The translations under genes were made by a program, and so were the position numbers. Positions 63,415 through 64,000 of a stretch of DNA of 64,000 nucleotides are shown here, one piece after another (position 1 is the stretch's first letter; each line of letters begins with the position of its first letter). Under the pieces are notes generated by a model. The model had not been told where the DNA came from, did not search any database, and was given only the letters and a program-made list of their open reading frames with translations. Source of the stretch: Phoronis australis (lineage: Eukaryota; Animalia; Phoronida); contig NMRA01000909.1 of the NCBI GenBank assembly GCA_002633005.1, positions 1 through 64,000 of the forward strand. The letters run 5' to 3'.

Positions 63415-64000
63415 GAGAATTGAACGTAATTCAGAAATTCAGCCCTTGATATGCCTGATTATGAACTCCGTCGCAATGTTGTTTCTTTCTGCTTTTTCAG
63501 ATTGCCATTTGTTTTTAAATACACTGATAATTGTTTATTCTCGAATCTTGTGCATAGCAGATTCTTATCCAGCTAGCTACAATTGAAAACATACAATAAG
63601 ACAATCGATGCAGTCACTGAATGTCATTTCCCCATAATGTGTACCAAATTGGAAAGTTTTTACCAATAGTATAAAGCCTTTCTTCTGAAAGGAAAATTTA
63701 ATGTCACTCAGCTTTTGGCTTTCATTTCACTGGGATCTAGTTTCAATGGCCTATAGAAGGGCTTATAAAAAAGGTCCAGTTTCGACACGTGGCTTTCTTT
63801 CATGTAAACTCGTTCAGCCTCAATAACATCCACAATTAGACCCTTGAAGGTAAACACAACAGCAGATCACTTGAATTGTTCTGAGCCAAAAATCAGACCC
63901 TGTACTAGACCAGAGTGTCACTAGGTCCTCTTTAGCTTCATTCCCTCGTGTTTCTTCCAGGAAAGGAAATAAGCTATTGTCCACACATGACTCATTGCCT

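Overview
This is a repeat-rich eukaryotic (animal, probably marine invertebrate) draft-assembly window with five N-gaps; it is not prokaryotic. The one host gene I can reconstruct completely is on the minus strand: 8 coding exons (35923 to 8623, 1158 nt, 385 aa, all GT-AG introns, all phases consistent) encoding a SABATH / Methyltransf_7-like SAM-dependent methyltransferase with altered SAM- and carboxylate-binding motifs. Its introns and flanks are filled with nested transposons. These include Helentron-associated (HINE/DINE-like) elements whose internal tandem arrays carry co-oriented CTCF-like motifs, a Penelope-like element with minimal hammerhead-ribozyme motifs, an integrase-deleted Gypsy element with an extra C2H2 zinc-finger ORF, a pogo/Tc1-like element with a HIRAN-like remnant, a LINE with a 12-bp TSD and oligo(T) tail, a LINE ORF1, Kolobok-, Harbinger/ISL2EU-, hAT- and Academ-like remnants, and a solo LTR. 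Two probable exons of an unidentified plus-strand gene lie near the right end. All family assignments come from motif recognition by eye, not database searches.
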